Of a stretch of 64,000 nt of DNA, positions 13,271 through 23,892 are shown piece by piece. The translations under genes and the position numbers were made by a program. The notes beneath the pieces are model-generated. The model saw nothing but the letters and a program-made list of their open reading frames with translations. It was not told the origin of the DNA and made no database searches. Numbering within the stretch: the first letter of the stretch is position 1; each line of letters starts with the position of its first letter. This DNA is from Hydrolagus affinis (taxonomy: Eukaryota), in contig JAAILG010000631.1 of NCBI GenBank assembly GCA_012026655.1, forward strand, positions 1 through 64,000, given 5' to 3'.

Positions 13271-13526
13271 CATCTCAAAGCGCCTCACAGAATATACAGT
13301 ACTGGAAAATGAATTGACTGTATATTTGTGGGCAAAGCACGGCAGCCAATTGCACACAGTAGTGTATTGAGTGACCAAATTACTGTATTTTTTTTTTGCT
13401 CTTGAGGGATTAGTATCGGACTTGTGGAGTAAGGAAATTTGCCAAAGGTCCTGCCTTGGCCGGAATCAAACCCAGGTGCCTTGCTGTGAGATGAGTGCTC
13501 CAAATCACTGGGCTTACAGGATTCCA
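13271..13526 (-). mobile_element. tRNA-SINE, tail-truncated; right arm of an inverted pair
   Basis: Reverse-complement copy abutting the previous one with no spacer. Confidence 0.88.
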
Positions 13527-14363
13527 TAGGCTACAGGCTTCTGATTAAACAGGGGGACCATGTTTACACTTTGGATCATGGCATTAAAGTATATTTGTAT
13601 GTTTCAGCAACTTATTATTAATAATAATATTCCTTGAATTTGACACAGCACTTCATACCATCAACGTGCTTCAGTGTGTTTTTCTGTCAAGTGCAGGCGA
13701 ACGTGTCAGCCAATTTATGCACCTCGTGGCCTCATGGCTATGATTGAGGTAAATGACCATTTTGTTTGTCTGCCAGGAAACTGGGAAAAACTCCCTTCTC
13801 TTTCCGATTTCTGTTCATAGGACCTTCAACAGCCAACTTAACAGGCAAATTGAACCTTGATTTAAAGGAGTCCACCTGTGATCATGTTTGCCAATCAGTC
13901 CTTCTGATTTTACCTGTGTTTACCACTTTTAAAATAAGTGAGGCAATCATTTAGTTAGGGGTTTAATAGACGTTTATCTAATTATTCACTCATGATGTGA
14001 TGTAAAATACTTGGCATGTTAGCAATAAGATAAGAGACAGATGGTGTATTTGTACTGATTAAAGTCATTTCCATTGAGCATATCAACTGACTATTTGGGC
14101 ATAATCGACATGGTACCCAGATACCTGGAGCTCAAATTGTTGCTGTCAAAATCTGTGCATTATTTTCAATAGTGAGCCTTTAAAGGAAAGAAAGGAGAAG
14201 CAGTACCGGTAATCAAGTAACCCTGAACCTGCTTGGCTGTATGTTAAAGTTAGACTTTGACATTTCATGACTATCATTTCCTGTAAATTATGCATTTGAG
14301 TGTAATTTGAAATGGTGAATGGTCTGTTTGTATAAGGTTTCTTCACTATAATATGTGGCTTAC

Positions 14364-14399
14364 CAACAATGAAGATAATCTTGGCTTTCTTCACATTTC
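14364..14399 (-). CDS. AK5: AK5 exon 10, 36-bp microexon (GNVKKAKIIFIVG)
   Basis: atag|GA AAT GTG AAG...GTT G|gtaag, phase 1-1; encodes the beta1 strand before the P-loop. Confidence 0.9.
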
Positions 14400-15344
14400 C
14401 TATTTTGAAAAGAAAGAAATTTGAAAATAGTTAGGAAGTACATTACAAAAGTCTTGTACTGAATTGGTTTCATTATTTCTGCTGCTGCGGCCAGGAAAAG
14501 TGCATGAGCAGTTGTTGAAATAATAAGGAGTAATGGAGAATTTGTTAAAAGACTTCTTTCAGGTTTACAATCTTCCTGAATCTCATCTGGTTTCAATACA
14601 GTCAGGTGTACATTGAATCAGCGAGTGACCTACATTTCTGTATACATACTGGGGATCTTTCTTTGAACATTTTGTGCCACAACACAAAACTACTATCACA
14701 TATTTGGCCAGATTTTATTTCGAACGCAAATAAAATTAAGAGCAGTGTATTGATAAGAGAGATGGTATTGGAGAATCATGCTTTAGAAACATGCATTTTT
14801 GCAGCATTCTGAGTCAGGCCGCATTAGTTATTTTATGTACATATTCATGTAAATTCATAATGTATACCTATTTGGTCACAAAGTATCATGGGTTGCCATC
14901 TGCTGTGAATATTTGCCATGTTTACACCAGCATAAAGTTGTGCATTTCAAATGGTAAGATCTGCAGCAGTCCAAAGACAGAAGACATTTTACCTGAATCT
15001 ACTGTAGCATATCAAATTTCACACCATTAAGCAATTTAAGTTTTTTCTTCAATTCAAAGGGAGGATCAAAAGCTCCCTGGATGGAGGCAAAACTTGTATA
15101 CTAACCTTCTTTGTTGGTATCTTCAGACTCTGAAGACTGGTTATCCATCTGTCAGACACAAAAGGAAGAATACTAATGTGAAAGCATTTTAGTGACAATA
15201 GTGCAGATTCAATCCTGTTTGAGGAAACTATTACAGAAAGTCCAATTCTGAGCATCATGCAAGAAAAAAATCTAAGTAATTTGCAAGCTAGTTCTACTGA
15301 GTAAATATAAGAGCTGCTTGTTTAAATTCATTTCCCCTATTGTC

Positions 15345-15500
15345 TACCTTCCAAGACTGAGGTTGATAGATTTCTGTTAGGTTAATGTATCAAAGGATAT
15401 GGAGCAAAGGCAGGTTGGTATAGTTGAGTTACAGATCAGCCATTATCTAGAATGGCGGAACAGGCTCAAAGGACTTAATGGCATACACCCAATCCTGTTT
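15345..15500 (+). mobile_element. CR1 LINE 3' fragment
   Basis: ttccaagactgaggttgatagatttctg...aaaggatatgg...agatcagccat...gaatggcggaacaggctc, a typical CR1 3' UTR. Confidence 0.6.
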
Positions 15501-15684
15501 GTGAGAGAAAATTGTAATAGTGAAGTTAGGAACGAATGTGCTCACTGTTGGTTTACAAGAGATGTTTTCTTCCTTCAGAGCAAGATGCACATGGAACAAT
15601 TTAAAACACCCTTACTTATTATAATAAGCCATTTGGAGTCTCTAAACCTTTAGGAGTAGTGCTCTGAATTCCCTGTTAATAATA

Positions 15685-15910
15685 ATACAGTAATGATAAT
15701 CCTTGCATTTACTCTGGTGCCTTATTACGTCTGCGGGGTGTCTCAAAGCGTTTCACAGGATATACTGTAAAATGTAGTGACTGTGTGTTTTGTGGGCGCA
15801 ATGTGGCAGACAATTGCACCCAGCAGTGTCTCACCAACAGAATAATAATAATAAACCTTGCATTTATATAGCGCTTTTCACTTCTTATCGACGTCTCAAA
15901 GCGCTTTGAA
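15685..15910 (-). mobile_element. Two stacked SINE 3' fragments
   Basis: Two (AAT)n-ccttgcattt...tctcaaagcg units in tandem. Confidence 0.75.
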
Positions 15911-17117
15911 ACAGAAAGAAAATGCTGGTGCTGTATAAATGTGGCACTGAAACAAAAGCACAGATGTTTGGAAAAAATGTTTTATGGCCTCGCGGGCAGA
16001 GCTGTAGATCAAGAAAAAAAAAACTTATTTTGTATCCATGAGCTTGATTTTACTCCAGCTAGGCCTGGGGGTCTCCTCTGCTGAGACAATTTGGCAATCC
16101 CAAACTATTTCCTCCTAGGCATGATCCTTAATTGGCCATCCAGGTTGCATTAATTGCCTGTCGCATTCAGAGAAGGTGCAAGGTGTTGGATAATAAATAG
16201 AATGTTTTAATGTTATCTTATAGTAGATGATTAAATATATATCTTATACTAAATCTCACCTTAGAGTTCTGGTCATTGATACTGAGTATCAAAGGAGATT
16301 TTATATATATATTATATATATATATAATTTGGTTGGACAATAAATGCAGAAGTAATAGAAATGAGTAAGTATAAGCTCCATAATGTAAACTCAAGTGTCT
16401 AAAGAATTGCAAATCACCCCCATTATACTGGGACTGTCAATGCATAGGTACTACAATCAAGGGAAATTTAAAAGAAAAAAAAATCAGTCAGTTTTCATTC
16501 TAAAAGGGACATTGTTCTTTTTAAAAAAAATTAAATGCGGTACAAGTCTTTGAAAGACCCTGGAAGGTGGCTACAGAAAAGAGAAGAAAGTAGGATAATA
16601 AGAGAAGTAATTATCCACCCACACATACAAATTCTAAAACTTTTATCGTTCCACAGTAAAAGGCTGACTGGTCCAGAGTCCTGAATTGCCAATTCTTACA
16701 ATTCACTGCAGCGGTTCTCATATTTGCTAAATAACATTAAAAGATTTTTAAAAATATATACAGCATATATTAAAAAAAAAACATTATATATGTGTGTATC
16801 TACATATGTATGTGTATATTTAGTATATATTATAATATATTTAACGAAAAAAAATATCCCAAACAAAATTCACATTACAGTAATACTGAAGTTTTTTGGA
16901 AAGTAGATATTTTAGTTGATTTAGGATTGAAATTTTTCCTCTGCTGGGTCTCAGAAATGCTGGTTGTGAACAGTTGTGCAATGGGGGGCGGGGGGAGGCA
17001 AAGGCATTTGGTTTGAATTACAGAAGGTCAGCAACCTTAACAAGTAGTGTGAGGACAGGGAGCAGACAAATTCTCTTCAGATCCATTTGTGGCATTGGGA
17101 GTTTCCAGGTCACTTAC

Positions 17118-17169
17118 CGCTGCTGGAAATCAGGTTAATTAGTTCTACAATAGTCTCCGAGTGAGTGGT
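17118..17169 (-). CDS. AK5: Candidate AK5 linker exon 9 (TTHSETIVELINLISSSG), proximal acceptor
   Basis: Consensus donor GCG|gtaagt; ttcag acceptor gives 52 bp in phase 0-1, exactly what is needed between exons 8 and 10; total about 561 aa. Acceptor is weak and there is no peptide similarity to the human linker. Confidence 0.5.
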
Positions 17170-18705
17170 CTGAAGTTCATTTCATTTCCCCCTCCCACCC
17201 CCCACTCCCAGCAGATCCTGGGGGAAGGGATGAGAAAAATAACACAGTGAGAATAATGGTCCTCACTCAGTACGATGGACTGCTTTTATGTTCCAGCTTC
17301 AATAAGATTTGAAAAACTGCACTAAGTACTTAAACAAGAAGAATTCATTTGCTCCAGATACTTCTCCAGGAATATCCATCAAACAGACATCGTAAAATAC
17401 AGTAGAGAATGTTTCTGATGGGAACAGAAATCAATAATGCTCTAAAAACAGATCGAGTGTTTCTATTGTACTGTCTCTGAGCTGATGAGGTGGAAGTGTA
17501 AATTCAACTTGATTGCTGTTGCAGAAACGCATGAACACCACTCGTGTAATAAACAGTTTACATTATACTATATTAGCTCCCTTCATTGTGAGCAGAACAT
17601 CTGAAAGTACTTGACAATCTTAGCTGGGTGTAACTGAGTTAGGGGTGGGAGTCAAAGGGGATGTGGGAGGGGATAGATGACCGAAAGTGCAGTCAGGCAA
17701 GTATGTTTTGAGGTGGTACATGAATGTGGGGGCGAGTCAGTGACTTCAAAGGGGGGGTGGGGGAAAGGGGGTGGGGGTGCAGGGGCAGAATGGCTGAAAG
17801 CATTATGTAACAAGACCATAAGAGATTTGATGGATTCAACTGCCAAACTTCCCCGATTGATGACATTGATAAAATGTTCCCCTTGAACAATTATATTTTG
17901 GTTCAAATTCTGGTGAATTGGCTCTGAGCACAGTGTTGAGTGTACAGGAACAGAATAATTTCTTGAAATCAAAGGTAACAATACTCAGAACAGCTGGCTA
18001 CATTTTCCTATTGATTCAGATGTTATCATTTGAAGGATGAGTGATCTGACATGCCTGATACTGAACCAGAACAAATCAGAACAAATGTGATTTACATTTC
18101 ACGACTCAGTTGAGCATTACAGGTTACTACCTAAGCTTGTAAAACAATGAATGGGTCAAACTCTGTTTTGGACTGTATACTTTTTAAGAGGTGGTCGAAA
18201 TTAACATTTTTTTTTAATAGTCACCAATTGTATTGTCTATAGATATAATGGGACAACCTCCCAGAAATGTATTGTGCGCTATGAGCACTGTGATCGCATA
18301 GATATAATTATAATATTTCTGCTTTTCACAATCACTATACTTCTAAAGCCAGTAACACAATGCAAATGGTAAAACCTGCCCAATGAGGCTGGATCAAGTA
18401 GTGCAGTAATTCATTATCTCAGTGGAAATTTCTACCTGGTGAAAAAACGGCAGCCAAACAAAACCAACCTCAACTCATATTTTAACTTGCTACGATTTTG
18501 ATTGTGACTTTCAGTGCCCAAAAGTTAGCCATAGAAGTTTATAGTGGCGAAGAGAGAGAGTCATTCAACACATTGTGTTGGTGCTTGCTCTTTGACATTA
18601 TTGCACATCATGGTTTTCAGCCAAGCTAAATTCACTCAATACTACCAATGCCCAGCAGTCCGAGTCACTATCCTGTCACTCACATATCCTTACATTTTTC
18701 CCACA

Positions 18706-19030
18706 AATACAAAATCAATTCACTTTACAGTATATTCTTTGAAGCAATTTGGGATATCTAGAAGATGTGAAAAGTGCAATTATCAAATGCAAGGATTATT
18801 ATTATTGTAGCTGAGATGTGGGGACATATCAGCATTCGAGTGCACCACGTAAAACCCAAAAATATAATAAAATTGGGTATCGTAGACCAAAATAAGTCTT
18901 GGGCACACCGTTGATAGGTTAGTATATTGCACCTTGAGCACCAGAATGTGGGTTCTCTTCCTTCCGAAAGCACTCCGTGACGCTGTACAGTGTGAAGGCC
19001 GCAATATAAATGCAAGTTGTTGTTGTGACT
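18706..19030 (+). mobile_element. SINE 3' fragment followed by an L2-type tail ending in (TTG)n
   Basis: caattcactttacagtatatt...gcaaggattattatt, then ...tataaatgcaagttgttgttg. Confidence 0.7.
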
Positions 19031-19776
19031 GTTGCGCACACGCAGTCATTTCCCCACAATAATGGAGAGGAGACGGTGGAGACTTACGTTATTAGCCAAT
19101 GCACGCTGTGTGCAATTGACTCCTGGAGACTGATTAAATGCAGCACTGACAGAAAAATCCAAAGTGGGTACACAGAGAACAGAGAAAATAATTTGATTGT
19201 GTTCACCATATTACTTAAATCTTTGTTGGCTGGTATCTTTACTGCTTTTATTCAATCTCGTTCTAAAGAGGAGAATTTCGAAAGTGTGCGTGTATCACTG
19301 CCATTTATTGTATTCAAAGCAATTCCCTATTTCACGCTATATTAAAGAGCGGATTATCATGATCCATAGACCCCCAGCTGTGTGTCATGTAAGAGCTGAA
19401 CATATTTTCAAATCATGCTCCAGTATTAATTAAACCATTTTCACTTTCTGCTACCCTGCCAGATTTTTTTAAAATCATGTCAGCTGTTGTATTGTGGTGC
19501 AATGTGAATTAATTTAGCTTCTTTAAAGTAACACTGTGTGGCTTCTTTGTTTAGAGTCTGAGCAAAGTAAATGTTTAATGAATGGGTTTTATTAAATTAA
19601 TAGAATTTTTAATCCAGGATTAAAATAAGTGTTAAATGAATGAACAGTATGATCTAACACTAGACAAAAACAAAGGCTGCTGTCAATTTATTACATTTAC
19701 CAAGAGTCATGGAATAAAGTGGAGAAGGACTCTAACATCCCGTGAAGTTTATGCAGTAGAAATCATATTGTATTAC

Positions 19777-19853
19777 CTGATCTTCGGACTCTGACCCAAT
19801 ATCAACAGCATCTGTGGCCTCTAAAAGCAGGCTGAGGTCAAGTTCACTGGGAC
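19777..19853 (-). CDS. AK5: AK5 exon 8 (GPSELDLSLLLEATDAVDIGSESEDQ)
   Basis: ccag|GT CCC...GAT CAG|gtaat, 77 bp, phase 1-0; resembles human GSSDLDPS...GSDYEDQ. Confidence 0.9.
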
Positions 19854-20352
19854 CTGGTATGTGAGAGAAAGTAAAATGTTAGAAAATAGAAGCTTAAATG
19901 TAAACAGAGCAAAGAAAAAAAGCAGCATTCAGAAGAAAACTTTAGAAAATATAGGGTTGAAATTTGCAGTGCTCCTTGATACTCGTTTTAATGGTGCCAG
20001 GAATAGGTTAAGCAAAATTTACAAATTTGTTTCTTAATTAGACTTGTTGTAAAGTCTCCCCCATTTCCCTCTGCTTTGATCATGCGTATCCACACAGCCA
20101 ATCCTTCTGTTCAGCAGCTAGAAACCCAATGCCCAGTAAAATGACAGGAAATCGACAATATATAGGACAAATGCTGGATCTAACATAATACAAAGAGTAT
20201 AAGTATTGGTAGAGGAATTCAAAGTACAGTACATATGAGCTTAACACTAACTTTACACAACTAACAACTGGGTTGTTCAAGAAGTCCAAATGTAGAGTAT
20301 ACAAGGGGGAGAAGGGAATAGAGGAATATGGGAGAGGGGTTTGGGAGTAGAG

Positions 20353-20462
20353 TATAATAATCTTTGCATTTGAGTGTCTTATAATGTCTTTGAGACGGCT
20401 CAAAGAGCTTCACGGAATAGAATGTAAAGTGAATTGACTGTATATTTTGTGGGCGAAACACT
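20353..20462 (-). mobile_element. SINE 3' fragment
   Basis: ataataatctttgcattt...gtgaattgactgtatattttgtgggcgaaac. Confidence 0.75.
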
Positions 20463-21176
20463 GGCACAGACTATTCGGATCAAGTGGCTGTTTTGCGTGC
20501 AGTAACATTCTGTACAACACACTATTTTTAATTCCTGTATAAAAGAAATGAACTACAAAAATCAGTTCAGGCAATTTTTTTAAATTGAATTGTTTTTCAC
20601 TTTTTTTATAGTATGAGATGACATTTCTACTGATGTTGAATCATTTTGATGTGGGAAGATGTACCCTTTGAAAAGAAAGCATCATTGAATTTTTATAGCT
20701 CTGACTGAAAGCTCTACTTTCATGAAATGTTCACAGTTCCATTTCACAACTTGTCTTTTTAGAATAAAACACAAAAGAAAACTTTGTATTATACAAATCT
20801 TCTTACAATTTTTAAACAACAACAGCTTTACTTCTTGCAGTGATTTGCCATTGGATGTATAATCCTGTATTTGACAAGCTTTGTGAAGAATGTTCTGAAT
20901 CTTTAGTCAAACTGTCCCACACAATGATGTCAATCATTTCAGTAATGATTCTGAAACTCCATTGTACTTTAACCTGTCTCTTGAATGTGCTGTTTATGAA
21001 ATTGGTGATTTATGCAATGGTATACAATGTCTATGATGTTTCCATTTCTATTTCAAAGCCATGGAACAATGCAGAGTGGGACACTAATACGCTCTGAAGA
21101 TTACATGATATGAATTGTATTGTATTTCAGAACAGGATATGAAGTGGCAAAAAAAAATACAGCAGAATGTAATTAC

Positions 21177-21265
21177 CTGATCTTCAGTATCCAACCCAAT
21201 ATTGGAGTATCACTGCATAACAGCATTTGCAATCATTAAACAGGCAGGATTAGAGTCAGTGATCC
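21177..21265 (-). pseudogene. Diverged duplicate of AK5 exon 8 with an in-frame TGA (pseudo- or poison exon)
   Basis: tag|GG ATC...GCT GTT ATG CAG TGA TAC TCC AAT ATT GGG TTG GAT ACT GAA GAT CAG|gtaat; the 3' half aligns with exon 8. Confidence 0.7.
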
Positions 21266-21329
21266 CTAATGTCCTGACATTGAATGTTCTGCTCTAATAT
21301 GCCAAAGACAGAACCATTGTCCTTTGGAT

Positions 21330-21790
21330 TTTCAAATAATGGCATTTACAGCTATATAGAAATCTAATCATCCTCGTGAAGGTGGAAAAGAGAAGGTTGA
21401 GAGGAGATATGATTGCTTTTTTAAAAAACTTTCTTAAAGGGACTGGATAATGTAGAGCATGGTAAGCTGTATTATGTTGCCCAGATCGGTGAAACCAGAG
21501 GACAGCCTGCAACTGAATGGGGTAAATGCAAAACAGATTTGCGGAAACACTATTCCAGTGAGCGAGTTGTAAATATATGGAACAGGCTCCCCGGGGAGGC
21601 AGTGTAATCAGAAAGTGTTGATTCTTCCACAAGTAAATCAGTCAGATTTTTTGTTAGGAAATAATATCTTGGGATACAGTATGTAGTTTGGGACATGACA
21701 GGTGCACGCGGTAGCCAGGATGGTGGAAGGTGAACTGGTTGGACCTTGATCTACTTGCATCTAGCAATTCTTATGTTCTTGTGTTCTTAA
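21330..21790 (+). mobile_element. Degenerate CR1 LINE 3' region
   Basis: gaaaagagaaggttgagaggagatatgattg (EKRRLRGDMI motif) and a ttcttatgttcttgtgttctta tail. Confidence 0.7.
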
Positions 21791-22113
21791 GGTGTTTGGA
21801 ATTTTTTTTATATACCGGTGCTACAGGTTTTACTGTTTATGGAGATCTAAAAGCCTACTGGCAGAGGCACTTTTGATTTGCAAATGCAGTGGCAGTTACC
21901 AGGATACGTGTGAGGAACACTCCTGCCAGGCACATACCAGGCTGTAAAATAAAATTAGCATTTCATAGATGTTTTGCATGACCTCTCAGTGTTATCTTAG
22001 AGTGTTATTGACACATCCGACTTAGCGTTGTCACCAATGCTCTTGTCACAAGCATTTCCACTTACCATATTCCCGCATGAATAGAAAATATACACTCATA
22101 GCTTGTGGCTCAC

Positions 22114-22204
22114 CTGCGACTGGTTTCTTAGTGGGAAAGAGCTTGTTGTCAACAGTCACAGCGATGTCATAGAAAACCTCCTCTTCGTCCCTGTCTGCAT
22201 CAAG
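22114..22204 (-). CDS. AK5: AK5 exon 7 (LDADRDEEEVFYDIAVTVDNKLFPTKKPVA)
   Basis: ccag|CTT...GCA G|gtgag, 91 bp, phase 0-1. Confidence 0.95.
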
Positions 22205-23712
22205 CTGGGTTGAAATCAGAAAACAAATAATGTTGATAGCCATTGAGATTTGTTTAGTTGGACAGATTTTGTGTTGGTTGTATGTGATATGTAAATTTGC
22301 ATTTACAGCGAAACTAGATTGAGGTTGATAAAGATATACATGGTGTCTAGCTGATTCTTCACTGAATAACATTAAACCAAGAGTAGGAAGAGGCAACCAG
22401 CATCATTAAACTTGCACAAGGATTATACTGGAGAAAATTTCTTACACTTCGCAGTTTACCAGAGAGTTTTTTTTTACATTCATTCTGCTTTGTGTTGGTT
22501 AAGTTGTTTTGCAATACAGGAAGCTTTGAAAACAAATTACTGTGCTTTTACATGCATACTATATCAAATGCAAGGATTATTATTTTTATGTAAACTTCTG
22601 GAACTTTCAACAGAGCAGCAAATCACATTCCCAGCTGCTGCTGAATTTAGTTTCCACATGGGTCCCAGTCCAGCTTCTGTTCCCCAGAGACAACTACAAC
22701 ATTTATGTCACAGTTTCAACGAGGAGAAGCAGAGTGAAGAAAACATATTAACTTCTATATGATAGACATTTTTCTGTTTCAAGCCATTACCCTTTACAGC
22801 AACTCATGGGAGAGCTAAATGTCAGTGCATTGCTTCATCAGCTTTATATAAGTGAAGGCATGGTTATCGTGGGTTATTGGAGAAACGTTTACTTTTCTGC
22901 ATGTTAAATAAACATAGAACAGAGTTTTTCCTTTATCAAATATAAATACAAGAATTTGTTTGCCTTTCATTAGACAGGAAACATTTTTGATTAAGTTATT
23001 GAATATTTATCGATTTGGGTAGTATTGCTCCAATTTTAATGTCTGATTGCCATTGATTAACTAATTACACCTCCCAAGTGATTCAAGACCACTCTTAATT
23101 ATTTATCTTTTGGTTTTCTGTGCTTCCAACTAACGATTTATCAAATCCGAATATCCTAGTCAGCTACTACAAAATGTGCAATCTTCTGATAATCTTGTTC
23201 GGATCAGAAACATTGCCGAAAATATGTTATTGCCAATCGCTAAACATCCAGTGAAAACCAATTTTGTTCTGGATCAGGGAATGGTGTACACACCTGCAGC
23301 AATATAAATTAAATGTTGTCCAAATTGAGATCAAGAAATGCATCCAACAAGCATTATTGTCATTATTCCACACCTGATTCAACATCCTTTAACTCCCACC
23401 CAACCATGTAATACAGGTGCAATTCAATAACAAAGAATTGGAGCTGGATTGAATATCCTGTTTAGGAAAGTACTTTATAGAGGACAACCTTTGGTGAATT
23501 TGTTAGCTGTTGGTTGCAGATGCGTTCATCTTTTAATAATAGATGAGCACAGTTTTGAATTAGCTTCAATTTTTATTTTTCATTTATATATTTACAAAGA
23601 AATCCGATATGATGCTTGGTTTTGGTATGCCTTGATATTAAAAAAAACTTATTTTTGCAATAAATAATTCAACATTATATACTTGCATTTTATATTCTCT
23701 GTGAAAGCCTGA

Positions 23713-23892
23713 TAATAATCCCTCAAGAAAAAAAAGAATAATCATTTCAACCCAAGACTGTTGTGCGCAATTGGCTGCCACATTTCGCCCACAAAATATG
23801 CAGTCAATTCACTTTACAGTATATTCTGTGAAGTACTTTCAAACATCTAAAAGATATGATAAGCGCTATATCAAATGCAAGGATTATTATTA
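23713..23892 (+). mobile_element. 5'-truncated SINE
   Basis: taataatccctcaa...gcgctatatcaaatgcaaggattattatt. Confidence 0.85.

Noticed and set aside
7371-14399. Separate AK1 gene rather than the 3' half of AK5
   Set aside because: Its position between AK5 exon 8 and ZZZ3 and its C-terminus (VFLQICAVIDSI) match AK5; no clear own start exon is established
16260-16281. 22-nt microexon candidate (cag|...AAG|gtgag on -)
   Set aside because: Right phase for the linker but reads TAT CAA TGA; no other support
19088-19145. Linker-exon candidate with donor AAC|gtaagt
   Set aside because: The available acceptors give phase 0, phase 2, or phase 1 with a stop; the sequence resembles the SINE core (caattgcacacagc)
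17118-21265. Selenocysteine recoding of the two in-frame TGAs in AK5
   Set aside because: Neither aligns with a conserved Cys, I could not identify a SECIS, and both lie in poorly conserved linker sequence
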